Of a stretch of 64,000 bases of DNA, positions 37,930 through 53,200 are shown one piece after another. Source of the DNA: Mytilus californianus (taxonomy: Eukaryota). Under the pieces are notes generated by a model. It saw only the letters and a program-made list of their open reading frames with translations, was not told the origin of the DNA and did no database searches. Every line of letters starts with the position of its first letter. The stretch's first letter is position 1. The stretch is taken from positions 1,736,001-1,800,000 of the forward strand of contig NW_026262692.1 of NCBI RefSeq assembly GCF_021869535.1, given 5' to 3'. Both the position numbers and the translations under genes were made by a program.

Positions 37930-40740
37930 TGGAAATGTTTTATAAACTTTTGTTTCTCAAACTGTACATACCTTCAATGATGCAAGAAAGTATTGGTGAC
38001 AAAATGGTTATCGTTATTGATAGTATATGCAAAAAAGCACATACAGTATTGTCACTTTGCGAACCAGCAAAGATTGAAATGCAAAATACCTAAAACTTAA
38101 GGTTTAACAAATGCGAAATTTACAAAATCAACAGACAGATAACCATGATGGACGAGGACGCGAATCATTTTGAGTTGAGTGTTTGTTAACTTATCTGGGA
38201 ATAATATTGAGCCACAGTAGACCTGCTATCTTACCTCTGTTTTTAAATTCCTATATTGTTTCTAGTGTTTTCACAATTCATTTTACTCCGGCTCTTATGT
38301 GAGAGATCATTGGGTAAGCACAGATGAAATACACTGCACGAAAACACCTACGAGAAGGACATAAGGTTCTCTAAACAATTAGACGACTAGGATTATTATA
38401 GGTTTTATCATACTCTTTAGGGAAATTAGATTAGATCAGGTTCATTACACCACGCTTTTGTGACAGTGTGACATGACTCATCAAAATGATATTGTCCCTA
38501 CCAGTACACAACGTACAAGAATGGTACCGAACAGCTCGAGTTCGACTATCATAGGGAGTCGTACGATGACAAAACATGATAACAATAAACATAAAAAAGG
38601 GGAAAATAGTTCCAAACGATCTACACAGTGTCAGCCGATTCTGACACGGGCAAGTTTGAAGGAATGTATTGACATGCATACTGGTTGTCAGATCAAAGAG
38701 CACCAGCGAGTCAGAAAATGACTTTTAAGTTCATAAAATACTTTGATTTTGGTAAGACGATGGAGAAAATTAGGAAACTTGTCGATGTCAAGATGGTGAA
38801 CACTGCGAAACAAACCTAACAGTTTATAGCCAAACTTAATTTTGAAAATCAAGATCATGACCGATAACAATTGATTTTTTGAGGATGTGGCACCATTGAC
38901 CTCTTTACGATATTATGTAGGATTTTTGTAAACACCTTTGTACTAAAGTTGTATGAACGAAAGGTACAACCAGTCGATCATACGAAATCGACAAAGAAAA
39001 CATTTAAAATGCTGTGATCCACTATTCAAAAAGTAAATTGAATAATGCAAAGAGTAAACTTAACACGCCAAATTCCTCACCAATGACACGTCTGGCATGT
39101 CATCTTGATGAATAAAACAATATCGTAGACATGTTCAAATATGAAAGTTGTTCAATGTACATGGGAGAGTTCATTTCACTGCGTGTATCTATATCGTCGT
39201 TCAAAATAATAGACGACGAACACAAGTAAAAAAAACGGACTACGAAGAACAGCTTTCAGAGAAACATCAACTTCACTAACTAAAACACATATTTGTAGAC
39301 GCCGGGACTATTATACAAACTGGTGAACATCATCCGAAGTAGACGTTAGATATTGTACACGAAAGAAATTAACACTTTTTCATTGTCTGATGACAGTACT
39401 AAGAGATATAATCTTTAAGATAAAATTACCACTTAGGGACGCGTACACTACAAAATGAAAGACTGATCTCATAGCTTATAGATCATGATGATGAAGGTTT
39501 ATGAATGATGTATAAAGAGAAACATCAATGACTCAGATGTAGCAAACAATATTTAAAGGATTATCTAATATCAGATACAATGACAGGGTTATTTAATATT
39601 TGAAAACATACATTAAATGTCGATGCAATATTTAAACCAAGCACCAGATTACTGGAAAAAGCTGAAATCAAGGAGACAACAAAATCAATCAAAATGTAAT
39701 AAAAAAAAAAGAGGCGGAAGACACCAATGGAAAATTCATCGATCGAAGAGGAAGTAACAACGACATGGGGAAACGACGATCAGAGGATAGCAATGCACCC
39801 TACAGTGTCAACTGCATGGACGACCTGTTTTTTAGACATCTTCACATTTTATAGAGCTCAAATGCCATTAAACACTTCAAAACCTATAATTTGCATCTAA
39901 CACCATTCAACGTTATGGGGAATTCAACGTAACAAATATAATAACATTTTAAAACTTGTGTTTCTCAAAACTGTACATGCTTACTATGATGCAAGAAAGT
40001 ATGTGTGACGGAAGGGTTATCGTTACTGGTAGTAAATGTAAAAAAGCACATACAGTAGTATCACTATGCGCACCAGGAAAGATTGAAATGCAAAATACCT
40101 TAAACTTGAGGTTAAACAAATGCGAAATTTTCAAATTCAACGGACAGATAACCATGATGGACGAGGACACGAATCATTTTGAGTTGAGTGTTTGTTGACT
40201 CATCTGCCGGACAGTGATCAAGATCATATAACAAGAAAATACTGAGCCGCAGTAGACCTACCATGTTACCTCTGCTTTTAAATCCTATATTGTTTGTATT
40301 ATTGATGCAAACAAGAAATACACTGCACCCAAACACATACGAGAAGGACATAGGTGTTGTCTGAAAAGTTATATGTTTAAAATATTTATCAAATGTGGAT
40401 GCAATAACTAAAACAAACAAAAGATTACTAGAAAAAGCTGACACCAACGGGTCTGAGGATAGATCAAAATCAACCAAAACGTAAAAAAAAAGGCGGAAGA
40501 CACCAATGGGAAATTCTAAACTCATCAATCGAAGAGGAGGTAACAAAGACATGGGGAAACGACGATCAGAGGTTAGCAATGCACTCATCAGTGACAACTG
40601 CATGAACGACCTGTGCGTTAGACATATACACATTTTGTAGAGCTCAAAGGCCATAAAACACGTCAAAGCCTTTAATTAGCGTCCAGCACCATTCAACGTT
40701 ATGAAGAGTTCAATGTAACATATAATAACATGTTTAAGTA
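37930..40740. repeat. Diverged local duplication with layout X-U-Y-X'-Y' upstream of the TRIM-like gene
   Basis: X about 37930-38390 matches X' about 39945-40370; Y about 39600-39945 matches Y' about 40370-40740; the unique U block (about 38390-39600) is missing from the second copy. Confidence 0.8.
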
Positions 40741-43700
40741 TGACTCATCCTAAACATCCTCTCATCATGACTTTTCAACATAGAACCATGCCGAAGAGTA
40801 TCATCTCAGAATCTAGTGATCAACGGTATCATTTATCTATTCAAAAGTTTTTGTTACAGATTATCTGGACACATAATTGAGTGATACTGGCTAGGCCACA
40901 ACAATTTTCGTTGACCTATCCCGATGATTTTAGCAAATCGCCGGGTTTACCCCAGTTGCCTTACAAAGATTTCACGAACGACGTCGAAGATGACAATATA
41001 AAAATAAGACAATGTGGTATGATTGGTATTGAGACCACTTTCAACCAAATTACATAGAAGTAAACAACTATAGGTCACCGTACGGCTTTCATTGATGAAC
41101 AAAATCCATACTGCATAATAACCTATAAAAGGCCAGTAATGATAAATGTAAAACAATTCAAACAAGAACACTAACAACCTGATTTATGTACAAAACATTA
41201 AATGAAAAACAGATTTGATATACAGCAACGAACAACAACCACTAGATTGCAGTAAAGTTAGACAGGCCTTGACTATTTACCGAAACAATATGATCAAGAT
41301 AACGATACGCGTTGTTGAATTTATCAATTAAATACAAAGTATACGGTTTCTCTCTGAGTTTGGCCATAAACTGTGATTCATTACAGTTCAAAAACAAGAC
41401 TGTTATTTAAGAGGCGCAACCATTTTTTTTCAACATGTCGTTACACTGTTTTGACGAAACGTACATAACATTTGGCAATGAAGACACACGTTTGCTTTTT
41501 TAAGTAAACAAACAAGGCAAATATAAAATCCAAAGAAACTAAGGGCTTCGTTTGTAAGATAAAATGTTTGATGCAAAACGATATGAATAATCTCTAAGCA
41601 TGATGATCCCGATAATATGTATAATCTTCAATTGAAAATTGGATACATAAAATCAACATCATTAAATGCGCAAAAAAAAATATTTAGAAGAATTTAAAAT
41701 TTGAGTTCTTTTACATAACACTAAATAAGACTATTCCATACAAAGCAATAAAAATTTGTAATTCGAAAAGAAACCGACAAAACAATAAAAAAAACGTAAA
41801 ACGAACAAAAAGACAAATTTTATATAAAACTAAAGACGGAGCAAGACGAATACAAGCAGAAACTGTGGTGATCTGGAAGTGTAAACATATCAAGCTCCAC
41901 ATTTGGCAACTGTATTGATGATAATGGTCAGTACCAGTTCGGTACAAAATCTAGAAAGAGGCTTATATCATATTTGTTTTACGTTTTTTATTTTTAAATA
42001 AACCAGGCCGTTATTTTTCACGTTTCAATTGATTTACATTTGTAATTTCGGGGCCTTTTATAGCTGACTATGCGGTAAAGGTTGTGTTCATTGTTGAATG
42101 CCGTACGGTGACCTACAGTTGTTAATTTTTGTGTCTATTTCTTTGGTGTCTTGTGGAGAGTTGTCTCATTTGGAATCATACCACATCTTCTTATTTTTAT
42201 ATTTAAGACTTAAGTCTTTTTTGTACTTTCGATTAAGGCAAACTTATTAACAAACATAAGAGTATGAAAATGTGATAAATCAAAATATATGAATTCCAGA
42301 CACGTATCATATTTTTACATCAAATAAGTTGATCTTCCTCAGCTATCTACCATTATCCATGACTACATACAAGATTTCAATAAAAGAAAAAATATCTCAT
42401 ATGAAATAAATTACAAAATATTAACTACATATTGATAAATCATATAAAACCTCTTCTTCCGTTTTCACAGTGTAAATCCTCATGACATGGCAAAGTTCAA
42501 CTCTGTAATCTAGATAATATCATATCACCATTTTATCTAATATAAACACAGTTTTGGTTTTTACAATTTATTCATATTTAGGGCAAGGAGAATAAATCAG
42601 CTTATCCAAATGTCATAAATCGTGTAAATTTGTAAAGTTTATTGAAACTCATCTAGGGGGTTGTCGTGGATTAGCCGTTCCCTCATAGTAGTAGTTCGAA
42701 ATAAAAAAAAAGATAATTGCACATAACAAAATATTACGGTACTTGTTTCTTACGGAATAAACGGTCTATAATATTTTCAAATAAAATTTTGTTGTTTATT
42801 GTCGAAATTTACCTAGCGTAACTCGATAAACATTCCTCATAGAATCATGAAGCACGTGAAAAATTTTGTCATCACAGTTGTAAAATGATTTGGTGTATCT
42901 ACATTTTTCTGTCAGAATCAATTAACGCTATCTTAAACATCCTTTCTATCTTTTCTTTCAACAATGTTTGTCCCTTGCACTTGCGCTGTGCGCTTTCCAA
43001 AGTACTAGAGAGAGGTCTCGTAATGATGGTCACTGTATACGGAAAATCTATCGGCGAACTAGAGAACGTGAAGACACCATTCTTTGCACGATTATAATTC
43101 ATAATAATAGAATTGCAAACATCTGGTGAAATACAACTAAAGGTTTTATGGTATATAATGAGTGTAACAACAACATATTTTGAACGCAAATCCTCTAAGA
43201 CCATTTGACAGAAAGTTCATACACTTGGTAGAATTGTTTGCCATAATTTGTAGTTGACCATATTATACCATACGGTCATTTTGATTTTCCCTTTTTATGT
43301 GAATTGTCGGTTTTTATACATATTTTGACTATCGTACCAAAATGACATATTGTGACACACAATTTAATACCTCGTTTATACAGCACGGCGCACATTTTTG
43401 TTGGTTTAATTTTTGTTCTGTTAAAGTTTTTTGGGTTTTTTTATGCGTTATGTTTAAGTATTGTGACCTTTGGTGTTATTGTTGTTGTTTTTGTCTTTTG
43501 TTGATCCTAAGGTATTGTCTGTTTATTTGTTTGTTTGTTTGTTTGATTTTGTTGGGGTAGGACTTTTACCGAAGTGTCTAATGGCCAAGACAGCATCTCT
43601 TTGTTCTTCAAGAGATATTATATGCACCTGCTGTTTTAAAAAGTATTATCATTGTTCGTTTTCAAATAACAACATTGATTACAAGAATAATCAAAAAGCT

Positions 43701-44073
43701 GTTTATTTCTGTTTGGGGAGTGTTCGGGTAAGACGTCCTGGTGTAATGTATTTCGTGGTCATGACACGTTCTATTCGCGTCGAATGATATAATATTCACC
43801 TGATGTATGAGACATTATTTTTGTTTGATTTTAGAGTCACAAGAATAAACAAAAAGCTGCGATGTTTTAATTAATTTTGGTAGAAGGTTTGGATAAAATG
43901 CCCTGACGTAATGTATTTAATGGTCATGAAGCCGTCTATTCGCGTCATATCGTCAAATGATATAATATTCACCTGGTGTTTAAATAATTATATTTTGTGA
44001 GATTTTAGAGTCACAAGAATACATAAAAAAGCTGCTTTGAACATTTATTTTCTATTTGTAAACTGCTGCTCGA

Positions 44074-44249
44074 TTATTCATCAATATCTGATAACGTTGG
44101 TTCGAAATCAGAAGCCTGGGAAGCCAAGTCATCTTGGGTTAAGAAAGTATCAACTGTTGATCCGGTGCTAATGTGTTGTTGGCTAGCATAAACTACCCGC
44201 CTGTCCAATGATCGTGGATGGACACAGGTTGCTTCAACAAAAGGTCCAT
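44074..44249 (-). CDS. SHFL: SHFL-B coding exon 7 (terminal)
   Basis: cag|AT GPFVEATCVHPRS...[14 protein letters not shown]...SDIDE TAA, 176 nt. Confidence 0.9.
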
Positions 44250-47200
44250 CTGAAAAGTATATTTTAAAAATATACTCACAAAAAGAAAAAAAGGTCGATA
44301 ACGAGTTGGCAATCCTGCATGTTGGACTGAAAATTTATTAAAATAAAATTACATTTGTATTGAACATTTTAAATGGACAAATCACACAAATCACACAAAT
44401 GCTACAATTTTGAGAGTTTACGAGTTAAATGGGTTGTCATATATAAAAGCCTTAGATCAAAACATTTTATTGTATTTACGCATCCCAAGATTTTAATTGT
44501 TGAGGTTTGAGCGTTCTGGATGACAGTGATCTACGAAAAGCGCTTCGAACGCATGACACTTATAAAGTGTTAATTTCATACGGATTTTATATTTTGACAC
44601 TGTTTATTTATGTTTGCTTAGCGTATGCATATATTTGTTTTATTATGTATGTGTTAATGTAAGAACGAACAAAGTGTAGGAGCTAAGTCTGCTGGTGGAG
44701 TTTTAGTCAACACGCTTATCAACATCCCAGTATATGAAGTCAGTACTTCGCTGCGAATATTGTCTATTGAATTTTGCACTCATAAAATTTTAAAAATCAT
44801 GTTTAATTAAGGAATGCATCTACCTCATGCATAGCTCCGATTCCTTGGTTTGGCTTAATTTTAAGGTCATTTTTGGTTTAATCAGCTTTTCATCCCATGT
44901 ATTAGATTTGAGACTTTCATATATGTTGGCCTCAATCATAACTAAAGTGAAAATAATTATCGAAATGCGAATCTGTTACACTGAAATAAGCACTGATCAT
45001 TGGATGACAAGCTGTGCTTTGGTTCAAAGAGATGGCATGAAATATGTCTTAGTAGATGAACGATGATAATGGGAAAAAACAATCCTTCTGGTTTTTTCGA
45101 GTGTTATGAAAAAAGTCTTTGTCAACAATAAATTGTGTGTAAAACGTTGCAATTTTGCCTTTGCTTCGTCATTTCAAAAAACATGCAGAAGATCCGAAAC
45201 AGACATTAAAAGACAAGAAAAACTACAGTTCACTAAGGACTCAGCAACACGAACCCCACCAAAACCCCGGGGTGATCTCATATTCTCTGCATGCCCTCAA
45301 TTAGTCAAGATTAAAGCAAGTAAGGCGTTCAGTACAAATCACAGGAAGACCTGAAATTTAGGTAGCCAATACGTACAAGACCTGTACATGCTGTGCAAGA
45401 ATACTGTTACACAACTGTTCTTGGCTACAAGATGATTAAGCATTCACGATCATGATACAAATTCTACTAGTGTCTGTCGTAAGCCCAGACCTTAAAATCC
45501 AGTTGCTGTCTTACATATTTGATTTTTGTTTGTTTATGTTATATAGCTGTTGGTTTGGTTTATTTCATATTGTTTCACGTTTTGTCATACCGGGATTTCC
45601 GAAGCTTGTTATACGAGAAGGTTTTCATCATTGTTGAAGGATGTGAAGTGACCTGTAATTATTCAGAATTTGTTCTGTCTTCTGGTTTTTATGGATAATT
45701 GCCTCATCGGCAATCATTCCATATTTTCTTATTTTCATTGTATGCATGTCTGAAGTGTATTTTTAGTTGCAGAATGTTTAGTTGTTTGCATATTCGTGGT
45801 AGTCACGGTTGAACTCATACCCTACGTGTCATTTCTAGTAGCTACTCCTTTTTTGCGGGAATGGATATAATTTTATCTTACCTCCTTTACATTTCTAGGA
45901 ATATGATTGGTTAAAAGCGTCCGCGTGGAGACAGTGTATATTCCATATTAGGTCAGTAGGGAGGCTGGGCTTATTTCATACACGGTTAGTAGTAGTGTTA
46001 CATCCCTTTATAAAAACAAAACGGTACTGAGAAAAAATCTTAAAGGTTTCAACAGACGAAGAAATTGATGATGAAGATTGAAATAAATTTATAAAACACT
46101 TTTAAACTTAACAAGTTGTTATTGTTGGCATCTGTTTTTGTAGGATCAATGGAAGTAGCTTCTTAATGCTAACGGTATTGAAGACTTGCTCATTTTGATA
46201 GGTCACTTGTTTAAATTTCACACGTTAAGATAGTCGGTAAGATACATTCGTTACATAGTGTGCTAGTGACGTAATACGGTATATATGGGGTCAGTAAATT
46301 CCATATAGAATTTACTGACCCCATATATACCGTATTAGGTCACTAGCACACTATGTAACTAATAATGTTTGGTAAAGTTTTGTTCTAGAGAGATACCAAT
46401 ATGATATTGGTGTTACATGTATTAAACAAACCTGCACGATTAAAACAATTATGGCAGAGACATGAATGGACATTTCTTGATCTTCTCCCTTCAATTCTCC
46501 GTCCTGGCAGGATAGCAATTGGTGAACAAGCAGTTTCGCATCTGTAACACAAATTTGAAGCGACTCCCATTTGTCCGAATCCTCTGAAATAATGAATGAA
46601 ACTTTGTATGTTCAGCTTCTGTATGCCCTTGTCCATTATACATTGTGAACTTTTATTGAGTTTCTTCCTTTAAATTTCTTTAATCTCAGAAATTTACATT
46701 TCACAATAACACAAACATATTAAAAAAATATATCAGCATTAAACTTGATTATGGAAACTTACCCCACACTATGTTTTAAATCAACCAGTATATGAGCATC
46801 ATGACTAATTATGAATTATTTTATTAAGATAAGCAACTGTACCAGAGGTAAATGAATTAAATCTAACAATGTTAAGAAATCGACAATTTTTACTTTGGTG
46901 TTTTGCTAGTAAATATTCAATACATTTTAAAAATCTGTTAAGTTTAATTGGAAATTACTATTCGTTTTGCTGAATATTATACATACATGAAGATATTTCC
47001 ACAAAATTGGCATTGATATTTGGCTCTTCCCCATTCATGTTGTCTCGGTACAGCTTCATATCGTATACGACACAGCACACATCTTGAAACCTGAAACATA
47101 TCCAAACCGTTTTAGAATGACAAAGAAATGTCGAAAAATTAAAGTCGTTTCAAAAGTTGTGCAAAAAAACGATATAAATCAATAATGTTATTCTGATTTT

Positions 47201-50200
47201 GCTGTGTTCTTAGAGTTGGAAAATGTGTATTGACTGCGCGTTACATGGCTATACGTAGACATGACGATTTATCAGAAAAAATTACTTTGGCCATTACTGA
47301 GCCTCGGCAGGTCAGAAATACTAAATAGTTGGAGTCATGTTTATTTTTGTTCTTTTGGATAATCTTTGAATATTAAATACATATAGATATTCTCTGTGTT
47401 GCGAGTAGGTTCAATATATTTTCCGATTCTAAATAGCTAAATTAATTAGAGTTTTAACATGCAAAGAAGCATGTTGATGTTTCAAATTTACCTATTCAAA
47501 ATGGATAAATATTGTTACTAACGAAATGCAAAATGTATCTTTTCTTAAAAGCGATATACAAAATGTATTTTTTTAAAAAGAGATATGTATTGATAACTCC
47601 GTAAAATAAACCAACGGAACTGAAACACAAACTCGAGTTGTAACTATTCCTTACACAACTACAAGAATCATGTATCTGTCAAAAAGTGGTCTTGAAAGAA
47701 ATGATATAAAAGGATTCGGTTTTTATCACTCCTGTGAGGAAAGAACATCTGGTTAAATGATATATTACAACATATCTTTTCTGTCATGTATATTTATATA
47801 ACTAAGGAAATATGATCAAACTTCGCACTGAATTAGCTATGTCCTGTCATCAATATTTCAATAAAAAACTAACACTCATGCAATCACTCTTTTTTGAGTT
47901 CAGTGATAGCCAGTTGTTAGCAATATTTCTTACCCTAATCATAATACTTTTATTTTCCAGAGAACGACGAAATTCCAGCTATTAAACCGGGTCAGTCAGT
48001 TTTGCAGGACTCACCTATCAATTTATTGTTGGTTCAGTAAACAAATTTTAGTCTGAAACGGTCATTTTGATCTGAATAGCTCTTAAAGCACCGAACAATA
48101 GATTAAAATGATTACGTCATTTTTAGTTTTTCAGTAACTTTTCAGACTTCTCCACTACTGATTTGACGAATCGCTTGCAATCAGTATAGATCACTTCAGA
48201 CTGACCAGTAGTTGTTATTTACCTGTACAGATCACCAATATACTGAATTTTCCAAAACGCTTCTGAACAGTTGTGAATTGACTGAATGCAAATCATCTGA
48301 ACAGTACTGAATTTACCACCTCGGTCAATTAATCTGAAAATTGACTGAAAAATTGAACAAGACTAAATAATTAATTATTCAGATGATGTCAAGATCAAAA
48401 TGACCGTTTCAGACCAAAATTCGTTTAGAAGCCTTTGTTCTCGTCCTGGATATTTTTTAACCTTTTGCCATTAGACAAATAGTGAAGTTCAGCAAACAGT
48501 AATTAATCATGAACTGGCTTTTCAATATTAAATATTACTAGGCAACAATCTGAGAGATAACATATTGCCCAAATCGGACAGTCTGAGAAAAAATAAATCG
48601 CTCAAATCGGACAGTCTCAAAGATAACATATCGCCCAGATCGGACAGATTATTATTAATCCGAGTCAAATAGTACTGCTAAATGTCCTGGTTTATGGAGA
48701 TACATGTAAACTCATCGCAGATACCAGAATCAACATGTTGTACACAAGACGCACGTTTCGTCTACAGAAGACTCATCGTTAACTCTGTAATAAAACAATG
48801 TTAAAAAAAAGCCAAATAAAGTACGAATTTAAGAAGCATTAAGGACCCGAAATTCCGAAACGGGTTGACATTTGCAGCAAATGCAATCTATGCCTGGAGT
48901 AAAAAAACATCCTTAGTAGTTCGAAATATTCCAATTTTTTTGTAGACAGTTAATGTATGATGATTACCGTATTAATTCAGCATTTACTATTTCTATAGTT
49001 TTTGGCTAAATCCGGTCAGATACCTCCTCCTGCACTCAGGAGGAGCACGAGATTAACGAAATAGTTATATTCACTGCATAAATGCACACATAATACGACA
49101 GTTTGATAATTCCTTTGTAAATATGATTATACACCGAGCTTTGAATAAATAAACCCTTGCTTAAAGCAAGTCATTTGAATCAAATAGAAACTTACCAGCT
49201 TCCGACTTGGAACTTTCCTCCACCAAACATTATCACACGGACCGCATGCAAACAGTCTCTCCTGTTTTTCGATAATTCCTTGTCGCACTAGATCGTTCCA
49301 ATTGTGATTATTTGCAATAACTTGCCACTAAAAAAAAGATTTTTTAAGAAAAGCATTCTTATTTCTGTAGAAAAACAGCGTAAATAACTCTAGGAGAAAG
49401 TTATGTTTTAAAACATTGACAAAGATGCAATTATGTTTGCATAAAGTGGAATAAAACAACAAGGACGCTACGTTAAACCAAATTTTCTATCAAATCACTG
49501 AAAATCATGGCGAACAAAAAACAATGACGAAACGACAAGTAAAAGTCAACACAGAAAACTCAAAAAAAAATGAGCATTTGGAACCTATTCAAATTCTGAG
49601 AATGAAATAAGTTATTCAGGAAGGTTATGCAGGCCCTGCCAATCTATACACGCATTGTGATACTAATTCAAAGTGAAATTCCGATGATAATTTGCATTCG
49701 GTAATTTCACAATCAAGGAAAAAAGGACAGGATAGTGGCTAAAATAAGTGGAACATATAAATGAAAAATTACATCACTGACATTTCATTACGTCAACCCG
49801 TCAACCAAATGATGATGACGTCCGTAAAACTTTCGATCGGATGACTTCAACTTTAATTCTTTGTAAGCAGCCGCCCTCTACGAACGAATACATGATAGGA
49901 AACGTCTACTCGCAATATAAAAAAAAATGTGTTATATTGAGCACCACGAAGTTGTTTCCTTAAGATTCATTTAGAATCGGACATCCGGTTGTTCCATGTG
50001 ATTAGTTTGTACAGACACACTTTCAATACACCATGAACTACAATTGTACCTCTAGAATAAGTTAACAATTTATAACACGTAGCTTTATTGTTAATAGAAA
50101 ATGGTATAATACCAACAGAAAAAAACACATATAAATAGGGGAGAGAATTCCAGTTTATAAGTTATATAACCAACTTTAGATTATTTTCAAGTTTTTTATT

Positions 50201-53200
50201 TAATAGTCCAGTCCTAATAGATCTCGGTTTGTTTGAATGACCATGTTTTGGATTTCTGTGTTTGACTGTTTTGTCATAGAGGTTGTTTACTGATACATAA
50301 GTTAATGTTAACATGTCGTATTATAATAATAAAGCACTTTTCGCCTTACTTAACATATAGTCTAATTGTGTGGTTTTAAACATCCGTTGCTAACTTTATT
50401 TAACTTATAATTTGTGAGGAAAATAAGGGTAGGCATATATAATATTATTCAGGTGAAATTAAAAACAGAAAATATTGATTCGAAGTCTACTTAATAAAAA
50501 GGTTGAATAAAAGTAATTGTTGTGTTCAAAATTTGCGTCAAAGTGTATGAAGGTTAGTTGATTTTTGTATTGTGTTGCTATAATTTTCTACTTTACTGGA
50601 AGGTAGATTTTTTTATGAAAATTTGTTGAGTCGATGGACAAATTGAAAACAGACACGAACTTATATATACTTCATAAGATTGCCAACATATAATTAGTTA
50701 ATTTTACCGATTCATTTTCGGTGCCAATAACATCTCTGACTCTTTGAGGTTCTTCTGCAAAGCAAATCTTTATATTAATTTCATTATCAAAGAGCATGAT
50801 ATAATATAATGCACATTTATCAACTTTTACTGCAACAACACAATACAGAGAGAAAATAACATTTCATTATCAAATCACAGTTTAACTTTGCCAACTATCC
50901 CCCAGTATCAACAACTGTATTAGCCTTACCAAACGGTTTATTACAACACTGTAATTTATCTAAAATATGATGAACTATTTGCCACTCGACATAAAATAAT
51001 CAATAATCTTCCAATCGCCAATCAATACGTTTGATTTCGTCCAATAGTTTGGTTTAGGCGACGATATTTTACGTCATGTGTGCTATTGTTGGGCATACAA
51101 TTTACGTACATACATTGAGCAAGGCGATGAATATTATAATGGGGAACAATTGCCTTATGAATGCTTGGATATATGTGTTAAATGATGAAATTAATATATT
51201 TCTTAAGGTAGAATAAAACTTTATCTCTTATATTTTCTGAAATATTAAAACAGGAATATTTTCAAAATCCATGTACCTCTGACTTTATTTCTGTACCACC
51301 CTAGTCATGGTTTCTATAATACATGCTTTAGATTTTGTTCTCATTAAAAAAAGTTATTTACCATCGATGACAAAATTAGCAGCTGCCAGGCAATCTCCAT
51401 GGTGATGGCTGATAAGTGACTGTGCTTCCTCAAACGTAAATCGTCCTTTGAACAGCTCTTGCAGTCTTTTTATCTATTCAATGTAGAAAATGAATTGTTT
51501 ATTTGTCACAGAATGAACAACTAAAAAATTAAATCTTATAGTGGTAATGATGCAAACTTGTTTTAGGGATGTTCGCTACTGTTTTTCCAAATAACAAGCT
51601 TTTTAAAAGATTGTTATTAATTGATAGTTTATAAATAATAAAACTTAAAAAGTAGATAAAAATGACAGATCCGTGTCCTTGTTTTTGAGATATAATCAAT
51701 TGAAAATTTGGCGGGAAATGATTCTCTCTAGACTCTTCATACATTTAACATTAGCATCGTTTTTCATTCAAAAACTATGAAAAAAAAACAAGGATTTTAT
51801 AAGATTTTAAAATATTGCTTTTTAAATTATATGCAATAAAATTATGAAAAGAAAAGTAGGGGTTAGCGGGCAAAATTTTTATTGGTACTACATGGATAAA
51901 ACTAGAGGATTCCGAATATCTGACAAAATGTGGAAAAACATGAGTAGCGAACATCCTTACAAAAGAAAACAAATTGAAACATTCTGTTTCAACCATTTGA
52001 AGATTTTGCTTTGGGTCAATACATTAGAATGAAAATTGGAATGAAACGAGTTGTTTGGAATACATCAATGAGAAAGGAACTAAAAGACTGAAGAAGTCAA
52101 CAAAAGGTCTTAACTAAATTACAATATGTCAATCGAGTCTAGAAAGGGATTATTTAAAAGACTGTCACAGATGTATCGTCAACATCACCATTCCCTGGAG
52201 GAAAAACAAAAGTAATACACTTTTATACTAAAGATAGACATAGCATTATTAATTCGATTAACAAGTCAACGCATGTGTCATGTTTCAGTCAGTTATTACC
52301 TCTTTGAACATTTCATGTATATGCTGCACTACCCGCCTTTAACCATGAGTAATTGATATCTTCAAAATATTGGCGTTTTCCTTATTTCACTTATTGGTGA
52401 TAAACTGGTAGTACCCGTATGTATCATCAGCTCAGTAGTTAGAACCCGTGTACTGATGTGATTTCTATCATTCGTTTCTTAAATTCTCGGATGGTGAATT
52501 TAGAAATTATTAAGAAACAAAGGTACATACTCCCTCAGCTATAGTTGACAGTAGATGGATTTGGCTATTCTTTCCTGGGTTCCGTTTGGTTTTGTTGCTC
52601 CACGCATATTCATAAGCTAATTCGTTCCCAGTTTATTTTCTTTGGGGAAAGGGGGGGGGGGGGGGGGGTGGAGGATTCCTGAATAAGATAAATTCAGAAA
52701 ACGCTTCAGACGCACCAACTTTAAAAGATGCGCAGCTAAAGTCCCAACATTGGATCCTTGATATTTGCACCTCTTGGTGACCTGGACGGCCGCTCCGGCT
52801 TGCCTTTTTTCCGCTGGCGACTCGCTGGCCTGAACATTTTTTTCCCGCTGACAAGCCGGTGATTGATTTAATATCCCTAGAACTAAAAACCATGAGATAT
52901 AAACAAATGACACGGAAGTAATAACACAGTTTAATAAATCTGGTCTTATTGACATTTAAAATAAATATAAATATATAAATTAAACGCTACGTGCGTAACA
53001 ACAAAAACACACAAAGAAAACCAAAAAGGTCAGACGTCAACGTATGGTCATCAGCAATAAACATCATTCCATATCTAATGTCCAACTCTAAATCGTCGCG
53101 AGTCAAGAACAAACAAAACTTTTTTCAGCCGACAGTAAATCGTGGACAGATATTATCACAAAAAAAAACCGACGAAATCTAATCTTCAAAGAATATTAAT

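Noticed and set aside
38430-39600. Possible ankyrin-like pseudogene (fragments such as TPLY*SCMN and SPMTRLACHLD)
   Set aside because: Matches are too short and riddled with stops to support by eye.
39956-40198. 80-aa plus-strand ORF with a frame-preserved paralogue at about 37975-38190
   Set aside because: Codon comparison of the two copies gives about 16 non-synonymous or nonsense changes versus about 4 synonymous, and copy 1 has an internal TAA. There is no sign of purifying selection and no recognisable domain.
52617-52955. GC-rich ORFs with a poly-Pro run in SHFL-B intron 1
   Set aside because: The poly-Pro comes from a G homopolymer; there are no phase-compatible splice sites, and SHFL-B exon 1 joins exon 2 without it.
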